Assembly (NCBI RefSeq): GCF_009914755.1
Contig: NC_060937.1
Origin: the human T2T-CHM13v2.0 reference genome, Homo sapiens
Strand: one strand, 5' to 3'
Length of the DNA stretch: 64,000 nucleotides
Part shown: piece after piece, positions 1 to 12,549 of the stretch
Layout of the letters: the number at the start of each line of letters is the position of its first letter
Numbering within the stretch: the first letter of the stretch is position 1
Position numbers and translations under genes: made by a program
The notes under the pieces: model-generated
Told to the model about the DNA's origin: nothing
Database searches by the model: none
Seen by the model: only the letters and a program-made list of their open reading frames with translations

Positions 1-100
1 GACAGAAAACCTAAGTTTAAAAAAGATTAAGTGAATAGCTCAAGGTCATATGCAAACTCTGGCCCAGTTAGGAATAGAACCCAAGTGGTTCCTGACATTC
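1..100 (-). mobile_element. MIR fragment
   Basis: gattaagtgaatagctcaaggtcatatgc...ggaatagaacccaag resembles the antisense MIR core. Confidence 0.55.
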
Positions 101-1300
101 AATCCTATGGTTACTTTTGCAGAGGTGCCTATCTTTGTAATTTACAGATATTGTTCCCAAATTGCTCACTGAAAATTCTGCCTAAATATTGAAGGTAAAA
201 CAGCTTTATGTGTCCAATAGAGAGAGAAAGAGTATATATAAAATGAAATTTTTCCCACATGAGGAATGAATCACTGTAAGGAACATTTGTTCAGTTGTTT
301 CATTATAAAATAAGAGCATTCCTCCTGGCTGCCACAAAATCCAAATGCTCCATTTTGTTACTAAACACTCCTTCTAACACCAAGCCAAAAATAAGTCACA
401 ATGTTAATGCAAACATCTTGCAAGCAAATAAAAGGACTTGTGCCAAATTTATCAGAGTTAGAGGGAAATTGTGTCAGACCTGTCTATGAGAAACTTTCTA
501 TTAGATCACCAGTCAATAGGATACCAGCATCTGCTGATCCTGACTGAAAGACATGAGTAATAACAGACAACTTTAGAAAATACATTTTTCTTCCATAGTT
601 AGCAATGCATGACTCACTAGAACTCTCCAGACACTATACTGCATGAATGACTCAAAATTCTACCAAGGACAGAGCACAATCAGTTCTCTCTTCCTGTGCC
701 AGGATTTCTCGTTCCAATTATACTGATTCGTTAGCTTACTTCAAAGACAGAAAATCTTGGTCCATTATCTTTCCTCTTTCAAAAACAGTCATGTATATTT
801 TAATATAAAGACAATTATTAGGGTGCTACAGGAAAACAGAGACTAAACATAATAGCGAATGCTGAAAGCAATCTTCAATTGGTTCAACTCTCATCATTTG
901 GGAGAATGGGTTGGGCAATGACCATGGTTAAGTTTCTTCTGGAAGATTGACCAATGAGAAGAGGTTGTTGCAATACAAGAAATATCGTATTGTGTCACAC
1001 CAAGAGCCTGCTCATCCAAATCTTCAGTAGCTGATAGTGGTATCAAGGATATTTTGAGAAATATTTCAGTAGTTACTCTCCACGACAGAGGCCTTGTTTC
1101 TTTCAAATAACTGTTTTCCTCAATAATTGCAAAAGCCTCCCAGTGAAAGTGCACACCTCTAGGCTCTTTCCTTTTCATTCTATTCTTGGCATTCCATCTC
1201 CAGTTTAATATTATTGAAGGATAATTCTGATAATGACATCAACGTAGCATAGTGACTAAGAGAATAGGTCTTGGAATTAGGCCACCCGGCCACCAATTAA

Positions 1301-1625
1301 TTTTTTTTTCTTTCTTTCTTTTTTTTTTTTTTTTTTTTTTTTGAGATGGAGTCTCTCTCTGTTGCCCAGGCTAGAGTGCAGTGGTGCAATCTTGGCTCAC
1401 TGCAACCTCCGCCTCCCCAGGTTCAAGCGATTCTCCTGCCTCAGCTTCCCAAGTAGCTGGGACTACAGGCACCTGCCCCCACACCTGGCTGATTTTTGTA
1501 GTTTTAGTAGAGATGGAGTTTCACCATGTTGGCCAGGCTGGTCTCAAACTCCTGACCTCAGGTGATCCATCTGCCTCAGCCTCCCAAAATGCTGGGATTA
1601 CAGGAGTGAGCCACCACACTTGGTC
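1301..1625 (-). mobile_element. AluS (Sx/Sz-like), full length, inserted in a MIR
   Basis: Poly-T 1301-1342, Alu body gagatggagtctc...gagccaccacacttggtc; TSD caccaatta at 1291 and 1628; MIR sequence on both sides (about 1245-1290 and 1640-1685). Confidence 0.95.
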
Positions 1626-1827
1626 ATCACCAATTATGTTTTTAACCTCTTCATGCCTCAGTTTTCTTATCTGTGACATGGAGTTTGTGAGATGCTTGAA
1701 TAACTTTTAACTTTGTGTTAAAAATGAGTGTGTAAGCAAACAGAGCATTCATGGTTAAGAGAATAGGTTCTAGAATGACATTTGGGGTTAAATATGTTGG
1801 TTCTGCCATTTAACTGTCTGCAAGGCT

Positions 1828-2360
1828 GAACCAGTTACCTTATTCTGTATAGCAAATCACCCCCAAAACTTTCTGGCTTATGACAGCAATAATCATTTTT
1901 TTTGTCTTCCACAGTTTCTGTAGGTCAGATTTGGGGAGCAGCTTGGCTGGGTGGTCTTGGACACAAGGTTTCTCATGAGGTTGCAGTCAGATATTGGCTA
2001 GGGCTACAGTCATCTGAAAATTAGACTGGGGTTGGAAGATCTACATTTAAGGCAGCTTACTCACATGACAAGTTGGTGGAGGTTATGGGCAGGGAGATTA
2101 ATTTCCTTTCACATGGACCTCTCCACTGGTTGCTTGAATGTTCTGATGACATGGCAACTGGCTTACCCCACAGTGACCCAGGAAAGCAAAGCAGCTCCAA
2201 TGCCTTTATGGCTTCACCTTGCAATTTATATCCCATCAACTCTGCCATGTTCTACTGGTCACACTGTCCACCCCAGATTTAATGTGAAAGGGGACTACTC
2301 AAGGCACTGACACCAGAATGTGAAAATCACTGGCAGCTATCTTGGAAAATGACTACCACA
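1828..2360 (-). mobile_element. MaLR solo LTR (MLT1G/H-like) nested in a MIR
   Basis: MLT1 motifs aaatcacccccaaaact, aggtttctcatgaggttgcagtcagat and terminal gactaccaca; MIR halves at about 1745-1820 and 2365-2525. Confidence 0.8.
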
Positions 2361-3034
2361 AAGATATTGAGCGAGCTACTTTTAGCTCTTTAAACCTTAG
2401 TCTCCTTATTCGCGAAATACAGACAATAACAATATACTTATTTCATAGGGGTGTTATGAGAATTGACAAGATGATACATGTAAAGTACTTGGTACCTACT
2501 AATTACTCAAAAAAATTACTTATTATTATTATTATAATCCAGTAATAATCAAACTATTCCAGGGGCTGCAATGAGGAAAAGGGTTTTACTTCCGGGGAGT
2601 AGATAAAACTGTAAATCTTCCCCGTCTTCTGCCTCATTCTTATTTCTTTCAGTTGACTTCATTTTGTCTCATATGTATTAGGCTTCCTCATAAGCTTTTC
2701 ATTTGAAGAAAGGATTATTCAGCTTTTTAAAAAAGAAAACTACATTTAAAAAATAAAAGTGTTATTGATCATTATTTATTTCAAGCAGTAAGAATTTTAG
2801 TAAAGATAAATGTGTGAATGTATCTTTATAATTTCCATATAGATAGCATTACCTAGCTAATTAGTGATATAGTATGGCTGGAAAGCAGAGAATATCAGAT
2901 TGTATAAAAGACCACCTAGTCCAGTGTTAAAACCCTTAAGGCTATTAACCCATTTCCACAGCAGTCAGATGGAAGACCTGACATTTGAGGTTGTTGGGTG
3001 AATGTATTAGGTAAACTCTTGCACATTCCAAAAG

Positions 3035-3380
3035 TTGATTTATTCACCATGGTATGTACTCAAGCACTTACTTTCTATGTGCCCTTGTCTAACTGCTGGC
3101 TATATATTAGTGAACAAGGTGAATAAACTTCCAGTTTCCATTGAGCTCTCATTTTGTGAAGGAAAAGACAAGGAATAAACAAATAAATGAACACTGTAAT
3201 TTCAGGCAGTGATAAATGCTATAATAATGAAAAGCAATGATGTGGTAAAGTGACCAAGCAGTTGGAAGACTGGTTTAGCTAGGATGGTCAAGGCAGTGTT
3301 CTACAAGAAGATGACATTTGAGCTGAATTTTGAACAATGACAAGGAATCAGCCATATCAGCAATTGACAGAGGAATTCCT
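3035..3380 (-). mobile_element. L2 3' fragment
   Basis: atttattcacc...aagcacttac...atgtgccc...agtgaacaag...gatgacatttgagctgaattttgaa, typical antisense L2 3' end. Confidence 0.7.
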
Positions 3381-3918
3381 AGATATGTACTAACATGGCA
3401 CCTTGGGAAGCCTGAGCCATCAGGTGACCTCATTCCAATGGAAATCTTACTATTTACTAAAGTTACTGAAATTTGGTTTGAAAGATATTCTGAATAGACT
3501 TCTTTCCCTTTGATGATGCATCTTCATAGAGACATTTGGCTAAAGTTGCTGATTAGAGACAATATTTCTGACAAAAAACAATGGAATTGCTGATAGATGG
3601 TGTGACTGAGACCAATGCCTCCAAGTTAAAAACCAGTTCAATCTGGGCCACTTTGAAAATATCCTAGAATATCTGAAGGATCAACTTAAGCCTATTTTTC
3701 ATGGGCTTAAGTTGAAAACAGAAGTCAATACATAGAGGACCCAAGTATAGAACAGATAACATATGCATTCTTGTCTAGTTTCCCTAAGATTTTTCAACCT
3801 TCTTTTCACCACCAACCTATACACTTAGAAAGGAGGGGAAGGGGTGTCAAGAAAGAGAAATAAATGAAACATAAAAGACTTAAGGAGGAAAGGAGTAACT
3901 ACAAAGTAAAATCAAATC

Positions 3919-4177
3919 TGGAAGGCTGAGGCGGGCAGATTGCTTGAGCCCAAGAGTTAGAAACAAGCTTGGGCAACATAGGGAAAGCCCATCTGTACAA
4001 AAAGTACAAAAAATTAGCCAGGTATGGTAGCATGCATCTGGAGACACAGCTATTGGGGAGGCTGAGGTGGGAGGACCCCTTGAGCCTGGGAAGTAGATGT
4101 TGTAGTGAGCTGTGATGGTGCCACTGAACTCCACCTTGGGCAACAGAGTGAGACTCCGTCTCAATTAAAAAAAAAAA
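3919..4177 (+). mobile_element. AluJ, 5'-truncated
   Basis: gaaggctgaggcgggcagattgcttgagccc...; poly-A tail; TSD aaaatcaaatc on both sides. Confidence 0.92.
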
Positions 4178-4184
4178 TCAAATC

Positions 4185-4310
4185 ACATTAGAGTTGGAAG
4201 AGACCTTAGAGATGGTCCTGTCCGACCCCCTCAGGTTATACATGCACAAACCAAGGCACAAAGAAATTAGGCAACTTCTCAAAGGTACACAGTCAATAGC
4301 TAAGTGGCAC
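4185..4310 (-). mobile_element. MIR fragment
   Basis: tagagttggaagagaccttagagat...aaggtacacagtc. Confidence 0.6.
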
Positions 4311-5598
4311 CCTCACACACCAATGGGAAGAAGAGGTGATAGGGGTGTTCCCTTACTTCCCGTACAGCCTCGGCTTCATATAAGGTGAACGAGGGCCTCT
4401 CCATCCTGAATTCTGGGAATGCTCCACCCCTACTTCCCACTCTCAGCAGGTAAAATGCCCTGATCTGTAGAAGAATTGAGTTTGAGTTGCCTGTGAAACA
4501 TCTACATAGAGATTGCCCAGGAAGCTATTGGACATAAGGGTAAATAACTTAGGAGCAAGATCTCAGCAAAGATGTGGATTCATGAGTCATCAGTGTACAG
4601 CTGAAGATAGGTCCAATTACAATACTTCCTGTTTTTACATTATGAATCTGAGACCCAGAAATGTGATGTAACTTGACTGGGGCCATATTAGTAGGTACAG
4701 AGCAGGGATTTAGAACCTAGTCTTCCTGACTCCCATGTCTGTGCCCCTTCCAAGAGGGCTTGCTGATATGACTATGTGCTCTGATGAGGAGTGGTAGGAA
4801 GGTGTTACAGCAGAGCAATGCTCTTTTAATTTCAATTGCATATTTCTATTTCTAATATATAGCTAAACATAAATATGTCTAATGTGGGTGGCTATACACA
4901 TTTTGCAGCTTATGCAGCCAACAAATTGCCTACTGACAGGCAACCAGCCACTCACCCTTGTCCTTTGGATATGATTCCAACAAGAAACTCTGTAAAGCTG
5001 AGAGAAATCTCATAATGCCTTCCAGATAGTCCCTTCTGGGTCCTGTAATCTAACCAAAAGAGTGCAAGATGCCTGCCAGGTACTGTAATTGGGCCTATCT
5101 TTAGCTATCAACTGATGATTTCTTTTATAGGAACCTGGTGACTCCTGACTGTGCTACCCAAGAAGACTGTGTGGAAGGAAGCAGCAGACATCAGCATGTC
5201 CATTGCACCAAGACTGGAAGCCCAACCAGTGATTTCTGTAGCAATTTCTGAAGTTGCTGAGCAAGTGGATTGAGAGCTTTTAAGATAACTCTATACTGAG
5301 TATCAAACAAAGACCAGAAAACACCTAAGAGTGAATTACTCGTTTCAGCTGCATTATTTTATGGTTTTTAGGACACAATGGAAAACAATGGAAGCTCCAC
5401 AGCTATTAATTAAAAACTTTGGGGATACCACCAAGAACTTCCCAGGTACGTAATGGTTGGTCCACTGTTCACCCTTCCTTGTTCAAAAAGGATTTCCTGA
5501 GCACCTTCTCTGATGCTTGCCTTCCCTCCCTATAGTCTTTTGGTCCTCTCTTTTCTGTTTCTTTGCTTCAAGCCTAAGGAGCTTTTCCCCAGACCTTT

Positions 5599-5905
5599 AT
5601 TTTATTTTATTTTATTTTATTTTATTTTATTTTAGATGGAGTCTTGCTCTGTCGCTCAGGCTGGAATGCAGTGGCATGATCTTGGCTCACTGCAATCTCC
5701 AGCTCCTGGGTTCAAGTGAGTCTCCTGCCTCAGCCTCCTGAGTAGTTGGGATTACAGGTGCCCACCATCACACCCAGCTAATTTTTGTATTTTTAGTAAA
5801 GATAGGGTTTCACCTTGTTAGCCAGGATGGTCTCGATCTCCTGACCACATGATCCTCCCACCTCCCAAAGTGCTGGGATTATAGGCATGAGCCACAGCAC
5901 CCGGC
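5599..5905 (-). mobile_element. AluSc-like with (TTTTA)n tail
   Basis: Alu body with gttagccaggatggtctcgatctcc; TSD tccccagaccttt at 5586 and 5906. Confidence 0.95.
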
Positions 5906-7111
5906 TCCCCAGACCTTTCAATATTAACCTAAGACCCAAAGGGTGAGAAATTTATCATTGTTAATACCTTTATTTCTCCTGCAACTCTCAACCACCCCGC
6001 TTTCTCTGATACTACATTCCTCTTGCTCATTTCCTGCCTTTCTGATGGCTCTTCTCTGGTCCTGTCATCAACAACCATTCTTTATGCCCTTTCTATAGGA
6101 CATTTCCCAAGGCTGTTGCATTGGGTCTATTTTCTAAAATTCTTACACTTAATTCCTTGGTGATCTCATCAATTTCGCCCTTGCCCCAACCCAGCTTTAA
6201 CTATTTGAGGATGACTTCCAAATCCACATCTTCAGTCCTGAACTTCAAGTCATATACATTTTCTAATGCCTGATAAATAATTCTACTGAAAAGTGCTACC
6301 AGCACCTCTAACTTAAAAACAAGACTTTTTTATTGTTGACAATAGACCATCCACGATTCTACCCATCCAGACTTGGAATCTTAGAGCCATGGCACCATTC
6401 GTTGTAATTTTAATCTCCTGAGTTCACTGTATGGAGAATAGTATCAACTTCTTAGATGAATTCACAGCTCTACATCTATCTTTCCTACCCCTATCTTTAC
6501 ACTTAATCCAGTCCCAACCTCTCTTTCTTGCCTCACCACTCACATTTCTGTCTTCCCTCCTACCCTAATCCTTTCACCCTACTCTTCCACTTGTGTTGTA
6601 CCTTGGATTATATTACTCTTTTCTCTTTCATTCCAATATCTTTCCCTTCCCCTTAAAGAGCATTTCTCATCTCTAACTGATAAGATAGGACCCATTCTCA
6701 GACCCATCTCAAGTAACATACGCCCAGAAATGGTAAGTTTCCTCCAGTGTGCAGCCACCTATGAGAGAAGATGTAATTTCCTGTCCAAATGCCTTCTCTC
6801 TCACTCTCCAAGTTAGTCTACCTCCTGCCCCGGAAATTCTACTTCCTTAATGCTTCTTAAATCTATCCATTTTCCTTTATCTCCTTTACAATACTTTTGT
6901 CCAAGTCACTACTGTTTTCACCTAGGCTACTAACATGGCCTTCTGGCTGACCTCCTGGGTCCTCTTTTGCCCGTCTCCAGTTTGTGCCATACAATACATG
7001 TTTTTAGAACATGACTCAAGTCGGGCCACCCCTTCAGTGCCTCCCCATAGTGCCCAAACCCTCAAGCCCTTGGTACACTGGATTCTGCCTGCATCTTCAG
7101 CCTCTTCAGCA

Positions 7112-7391
7112 TTTTTTTTAAAGACAGCATCTTTCTCTGTCTGAAGTATGGTGGTGGGAGCATAGCTTATTGCAGCCTCAAACTTCTGGGCTCAAGTGAT
7201 CATCTCACCTCAGCCTCCTGAGTAGCTAAGACTTCAGGCAATGCCATGCCCAGCTATTTTTTATTATTTTCAGTAGCGATGGGGTCTCACTATGTTGTGC
7301 AGGCTGGTTTCGAACTCCTGGTCTCAGGTGATCCTCCTGCCTAAGCCTCCCAAAGCACTGGGATTACAGACATGAGCCACTATGCCCATCC
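7112..7391 (-). mobile_element. AluJ
   Basis: Diverged Alu (gcagcctcaaacttctgggctcaagtgatc...gagccactatgcccatcc); short TSD tcagc. Confidence 0.88.
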
Positions 7392-7612
7392 TCAGCTTTT
7401 TCTCAGTCAGCACCATGCCCATTCCTACTATGGGACGCTTATACCTTCTGTTCTCTCTGCCTAAAATTCTCTCCTTCCACTCTGCTCTCCTAGCCTTCAG
7501 AACACATCTCAAATATTCCTCCTTTTGAAAAGCCTTCCATGCCTATATTCCCCCAGCTGTCAATGATACTGTGTGTGTACTTTCCCTTCATGGCAATTCT
7601 CTCAGTTAATTA

Positions 7613-7974
7613 CAGATGATAGCTAGAGACTTACAATGGGGTTATGTCCCAATAAACCCATCCTAAATTGAAAATGCCATAAGTTGAAAATGCACTTAAT
7701 ACATCTAACTTATTGAACATCATAGCTTTGCCTAGCCTACCTTAAAGGTACTCAGAAAATATATATTATGTTACAAAATATTCTAACAGAAAGCCAATTT
7801 TAAAATAAAGTGTTGAATATTTCATGTAAGTTGTTGAATACTGTACCGATACTGAAAAAGAAAATTATTATATGGGTACTCTGAGTACAGTTTCTACTGA
7901 ATGGCTATCACTTTAGCACCATCCTAAAGTAAAAAAATTCATAAGTTTAATCATCATAAATTGGGGACCATCTG
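7613..7974 (+). mobile_element. MER47A-like TcMar-Tigger MITE, full length
   Basis: TA-flanked cagatg...gacttacaatggggttatgtcccaataaaccc ... ttggggaccatctg-TA; terminal inverted repeats. Confidence 0.8.
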
Positions 7975-8984
7975 TATTTTACTATATATTTCTATTACTT
8001 GATTCATGTCTGTCTCCCCCACTAGATTAAATGTTCCATGAAGAAAAAGGCTGTATCTGATATGCTCATCATTTTGTCTAAGCTTTTGTTCCAAATTTCC
8101 AGCAATGTCTGGACATAGTAAAAGTTACCTAATAGATATCTGTTCATTCAGTGGGTGAATTGTTATTCTCTGCACTCAGATTTCCTAAGTAAAAAGGAAC
8201 TCCTTCCTTATACCTATTTCTTTCTGGTAATATTAACTATGGTTTTCTGAAAATAAAAGTGAGAAATTTTAACCCACTTTGTTGAACAAGTCCTATGTGT
8301 ATAACAACAGCCATAATTCCAGGCTTCAGCTTCTGTTTCAAAAAAGTATTAATGGGTACAAAAACTGGCAAAGAGAGGGAAAATATAGGTGGGTGTAAAT
8401 GAGGTTAAGGAAAGTACATGTTTTGACTCCACAGCAGAAAGAAGTCATTTATATGTCTTTCCTTCATCCCACCCAACACTAGGTTTCAGAAATTGGAACC
8501 AAACTAGGAACTAATAAATGTGATGTTCATAGGTCACAATGACAATGTTTATAAAGTGCTGCTTTCTCCACTCAACCAATTTATTTTAAAGCTCTTCCTG
8601 AAAATGATTTATACTAGGTATTAAACTAAAAAGTTTCAAAATATTTTTACCTCTGACATTTCCATGAAAACCAAAGATAAAAGTGACATTGAGTTAGGGA
8701 AAATATTCAATGCAAATACAAATGCATTGTCCTTCCTTACATCTGACTCTAATGAGCATAGGTACATGCTCAAAATTCTGCTTGTAAACATTTCTGTTCA
8801 GCTGTATTGAATTCCACTGATAAAACTGAGAGGACATGAGGTGATGAAGAAGTGGGGACAAATGGTAAGACCACTAGACTAGAAAGCAGAAAACCAGTAT
8901 TCTAGTTCCACCACTTAATAGTCATTTGACAAAGCACTTAATTTCTCTGTGCCCAAATTTCAGGAATTATAAAATGGCAGTGAT

Positions 8985-11738
8985 AGAGCTTTGGTTCAGG
9001 AAAGCCGACTAACATCACATGGGTTAACAATAAAGGTGTATGACAGGGGACACATCCATAATAGTAGTGAGCACTGAAGTTGTTAAAGTGAGTTCTTGTT
9101 GAGGCAGAAAGTCATAACCCAGGATGCTTACAGACGATGGCAATAGAGATAGGAGTTGGAATTTTTCTTCCCTCTGGGACCCAGGATTGATCCAAGCCCA
9201 GAGATAGCATATTCCGAGAGCAGTAGTGGGCTGAGGATGACAGTAAGCACAATTAATTAAACATCCTCTATTGAAATAACTATACCAGATTTTCTCCCTC
9301 TTTATGAACCCCACATGCCCAAAGAACCTGGCAAAAATGGAGTTGGCAGAGGAAAGTCATACTAGCTCCCCAAGATAATGATCTAGCACTGTATTCGTAA
9401 ATATAAATGGAAAGCCAAGGATTCCTTCCATTTGTGTAAAAATACTTCAATGGCTCAAAAGAGAGGGACCAAAATAGAGGTAAAATTGTAAAAACCTTCC
9501 AGAAAGCAGAGTATAATTTTTTTTAAATGTTTAAAGAAAACCAAGAGAACAAAAAGTTAAGGAATATGGAAGATAAATCTAGGAGAGATGTTGTATATCT
9601 AATAGGAATTCTGGAAGGAGAACACAGGAGCTTTAACAATTAAAGATATAATTGAAGAAAACGTCCTAGAGCTGAAGAAAACATGGAGTTGTCAGATTGA
9701 AAGAGGTTACTGAGTGCCCCTATGGATGAAATTTCAAAACACCCCAAAGTAAAAAAAGCTAAAAGCTTCTAGGGAAAAATAATAGATTCCCTATTTACCT
9801 CACTGCTCAAAAGAATCTGATTATTTCACCTCTCAAAAGCATCAGACTGACATTGGATTTGCCATCAGCAATCTTAGAAACTAAAATACAATAGGGAATT
9901 GCTTTTGAGGAATGAGGGTAAATTATTTTGAGGCTACAATTATATGTTTGGCCAAGTTATATCATAAAGTTACTGTAAACAGATTTTCAGACACATTATG
10001 ACTCAAAAAATCTGCCCCAATTTCACAATTTTTGTGAAAATTGCTTGAAATTTCACTTACATGTTGTTAACACAAAAAGGAACCCAAGAAAGAGGAAGAT
10101 ATAGAATATGTTTGTCAATCTAACCCAAGAGTGAGGTAATCAAGGAAATCTCAATATTTTAGATGCATAGTATACCTAAGGAGCAATTGATACAAAATTC
10201 ATCAGGAAATCAGAGGATTCTAAAAACAATAAAAAATGCATTCAAGAAGATAGAATATTCCTTTTAAAAACACAGAAAGGTTAATATATATATCTATATA
10301 CATAAATACTAATATGTATGTACTAATATGTACTAATACTAATAACACTTTATTAAATATATCTCTGTATATGATTAAATGTAATACACAAATATTTAAT
10401 ATAATCATTAGTGTTTTGATGAAGACATGATATTCTATTTATCAACAAGTATCTTATGTTGGGTTCCCTAGCAGAGTTCAAGAAGAGGATTCTTTTACAA
10501 GTGATTTATTGAGGAAGTGCTCTTTGAAAAAAGGGGGATGATGGAAACAATAAAGAACAGGGAAAATGCTAAGCAGGAATGTGGCTCAACTGAATATTAG
10601 CTGTACTCTGACTCCACAGGGCACTAGGGATCACAAATTGCTCCAGAGAAAAGGTCCCATCTTGAGGCAAGCTGCTCTATTGCACCACATGTCAGTCAGT
10701 CAGCCAGCAGCAGGCTTGTATGGGAGGGAGTAACTTCCCTAGTGAGGCAGTTTCCATTAGCCCAAAGGTAATTCTTTGGAAAACTAGTCAGCTGTAAGCT
10801 ATCAGATGCCAACATTTAACTGCAGTGAGGCGTGCCTGCAAAGTGAAACAACAGCATTCATTACAACAACAAAGAAAAGCCAGGCAATTTAAAATACCAG
10901 GTAAAACAAAAAGCTATATCAGAAATCCAGAGGTCCAAATGTGAGGCAAATTGTAGCATAATTTTGAACAATCAATATTACATGAGAAAGTTTATCTCAT
11001 TTGATTTTGATGATTAAAATATTCTCCTTTGAATTTCATAGGTTCAGTTATAACATACATTTCCTCCATGAATCACTAATTAGACTTATAGTAAATAATA
11101 ATTTCATAATCACATTAACATAAGCATGTTTTAAGTTTGTAAAATCAACTTGTAAAAAGAGCATGTAAGACTTAATCATAGTTATAGGACAGAAGGCAAA
11201 ATTTAAAAACCTTAACAATATCAAAGTAATGGTAGAGTTGAAAGAAGTTGGAAATAAAAAGGGGAGATATGAGATGGAGGAAAGTATAAGAATAAAAATT
11301 ATTCATCTTCCATAAATGGAGTTAATATATGTATTTTCTAAAGTTGAGACATCAAGAAATACAGATTTAAGTTCTATGTTACTTAATATTATAAAGATTT
11401 CTAATGAAAGAACTATAAAATAAATATATAGAAACAAAAATTAGAAGGAGAGAGAAAGATAATATAAATAAGCTACATTTCTCATCTTTCATGGAAAGGA
11501 ATCAATAGATTCTACCTGAGGCTGATAAATCAAGAAATGGACACATAATGATATTATTTGATGTTATGGAGATAAATGCCAAAAGAGGTAAAGTTAGAAA
11601 CAGTTGAAAATGACTACCTCTGAAGGGTGTTATAGAGAGGAGTGAGGAAACAGTAAACTTTTCTTTTTAATTTTGTAAACTTCTTATTATGGGATTTTTT
11701 GTCTGTCCACATGTATTACTTTAGTAGAACTAATAAAA
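8985..11738 (+). mobile_element. HAL1 (half-L1), near full length, splitting a MIR
   Basis: ORF1-like remnants (ggaagataaatctaggaga, cagattgaaagagg, cagattttcagacac, ccaagaaagaggaaga), AATAAA at 11732; MIR 5' half about 8860-8984 and 3' half 11740-11858. Confidence 0.65.
10450..10865 (-). mobile_element. MLT1 (I/J-like) solo LTR nested in HAL1
   Basis: gttgggttcccta...caagtgatttattgaggaagtgctct...cattaca; 5-bp TSD acaag/acaac. Confidence 0.75.
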
Positions 11739-12329
11739 ATGACAATAAGAATACTTTCTGACCTATCTTATCAGGTAATTAAGAGAATTAATTAAGATAA
11801 TGTATAGGAAGGCACTCTGAAAACTCTTAAGTGCTAAGATAAATGTGAAGTATTATTAAGAGGGCAGTCAAAGGCATTTCAAAATAGGAGAAAGGAATGT
11901 AGCGTTTTTCTTGATCAAGCCACTCTTTCCAAGGTGCCAAGATCCAAGCTGAAAAGGAAGCTGTCTCTAAAACTCTGAGTGTAAGATATCTGAAGGAATA
12001 AATGTGCTGAGAGATAGTATTTGGAAGGGAATGACAACAAGAAATTTTAAATAGTAAGTGTCGAGGTAGAATATTGGGTTCCCATAAAATTCTTTCTCCA
12101 AACCAAAAACATTGTGAGGAACTAAACAGCAACAGTGATACCATCATCTTAGGAAATGCCATAGCAAAAACATTTCTTGTTAAAATATAAACTTATCACC
12201 TCCTTACATCTGAAACCATTTTTAAAGACTTTTGTAAACAGTCTCATAATTAGCATCCCACATGTTTTAAGAGTACTGTGTCCTCATAACTTCTTAATTA
12301 GACAGTACTAATCAATAGTCTTGTTAGGG

Positions 12330-12549
12330 CTTTGAAATAAAATTGTTGATTCATGCCTCTGTCTCCTTTGCAAGAAAGGAAATTTCTCAATTTCTCAGAA
12401 CAAAAAACCATGTCTAACATTTTGTTCTCGCTCTAGTGCCTACCTCAGAGCCTCCTAGCACATAGTAGGTGCCCAGTGAATTTTGCTAAATGGATGGATA
12501 GACGGACAGATGGATTGATGGGTGGATGGATGGATGGATGGATGGATGA
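12330..12549 (+). mobile_element. L2 3' end with (TGGA)n tail
   Basis: cctagcacatagtaggtgcccagtgaattttgctaaatggatgga...; (TGGA)n at 12490-12549. Confidence 0.75.

Larger units (their letters stand above)
5960..8160 (+). mobile_element. Fragmented L2, interrupted by an AluJ and MER47A
   Basis: L2 motifs gatgacttccaaatccacatcttcagtcctgaac, gtctccccccactagattaaatgttccatgaag and a 3' end near 8160; boundaries approximate. Confidence 0.6.

Noticed and set aside
894-1178. 94-aa minus-strand ORF in unique sequence
   Set aside because: No recognisable domain or exon structure; length within chance range for 64 kb.
1341-1710. ORFs with [13 protein letters not shown] / [15 protein letters not shown] peptides (also at 24.6, 26.0, 33.7, 52.9, 57.7 and 58.6 kb)
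   Set aside because: Standard Alu-derived translations, not genes.
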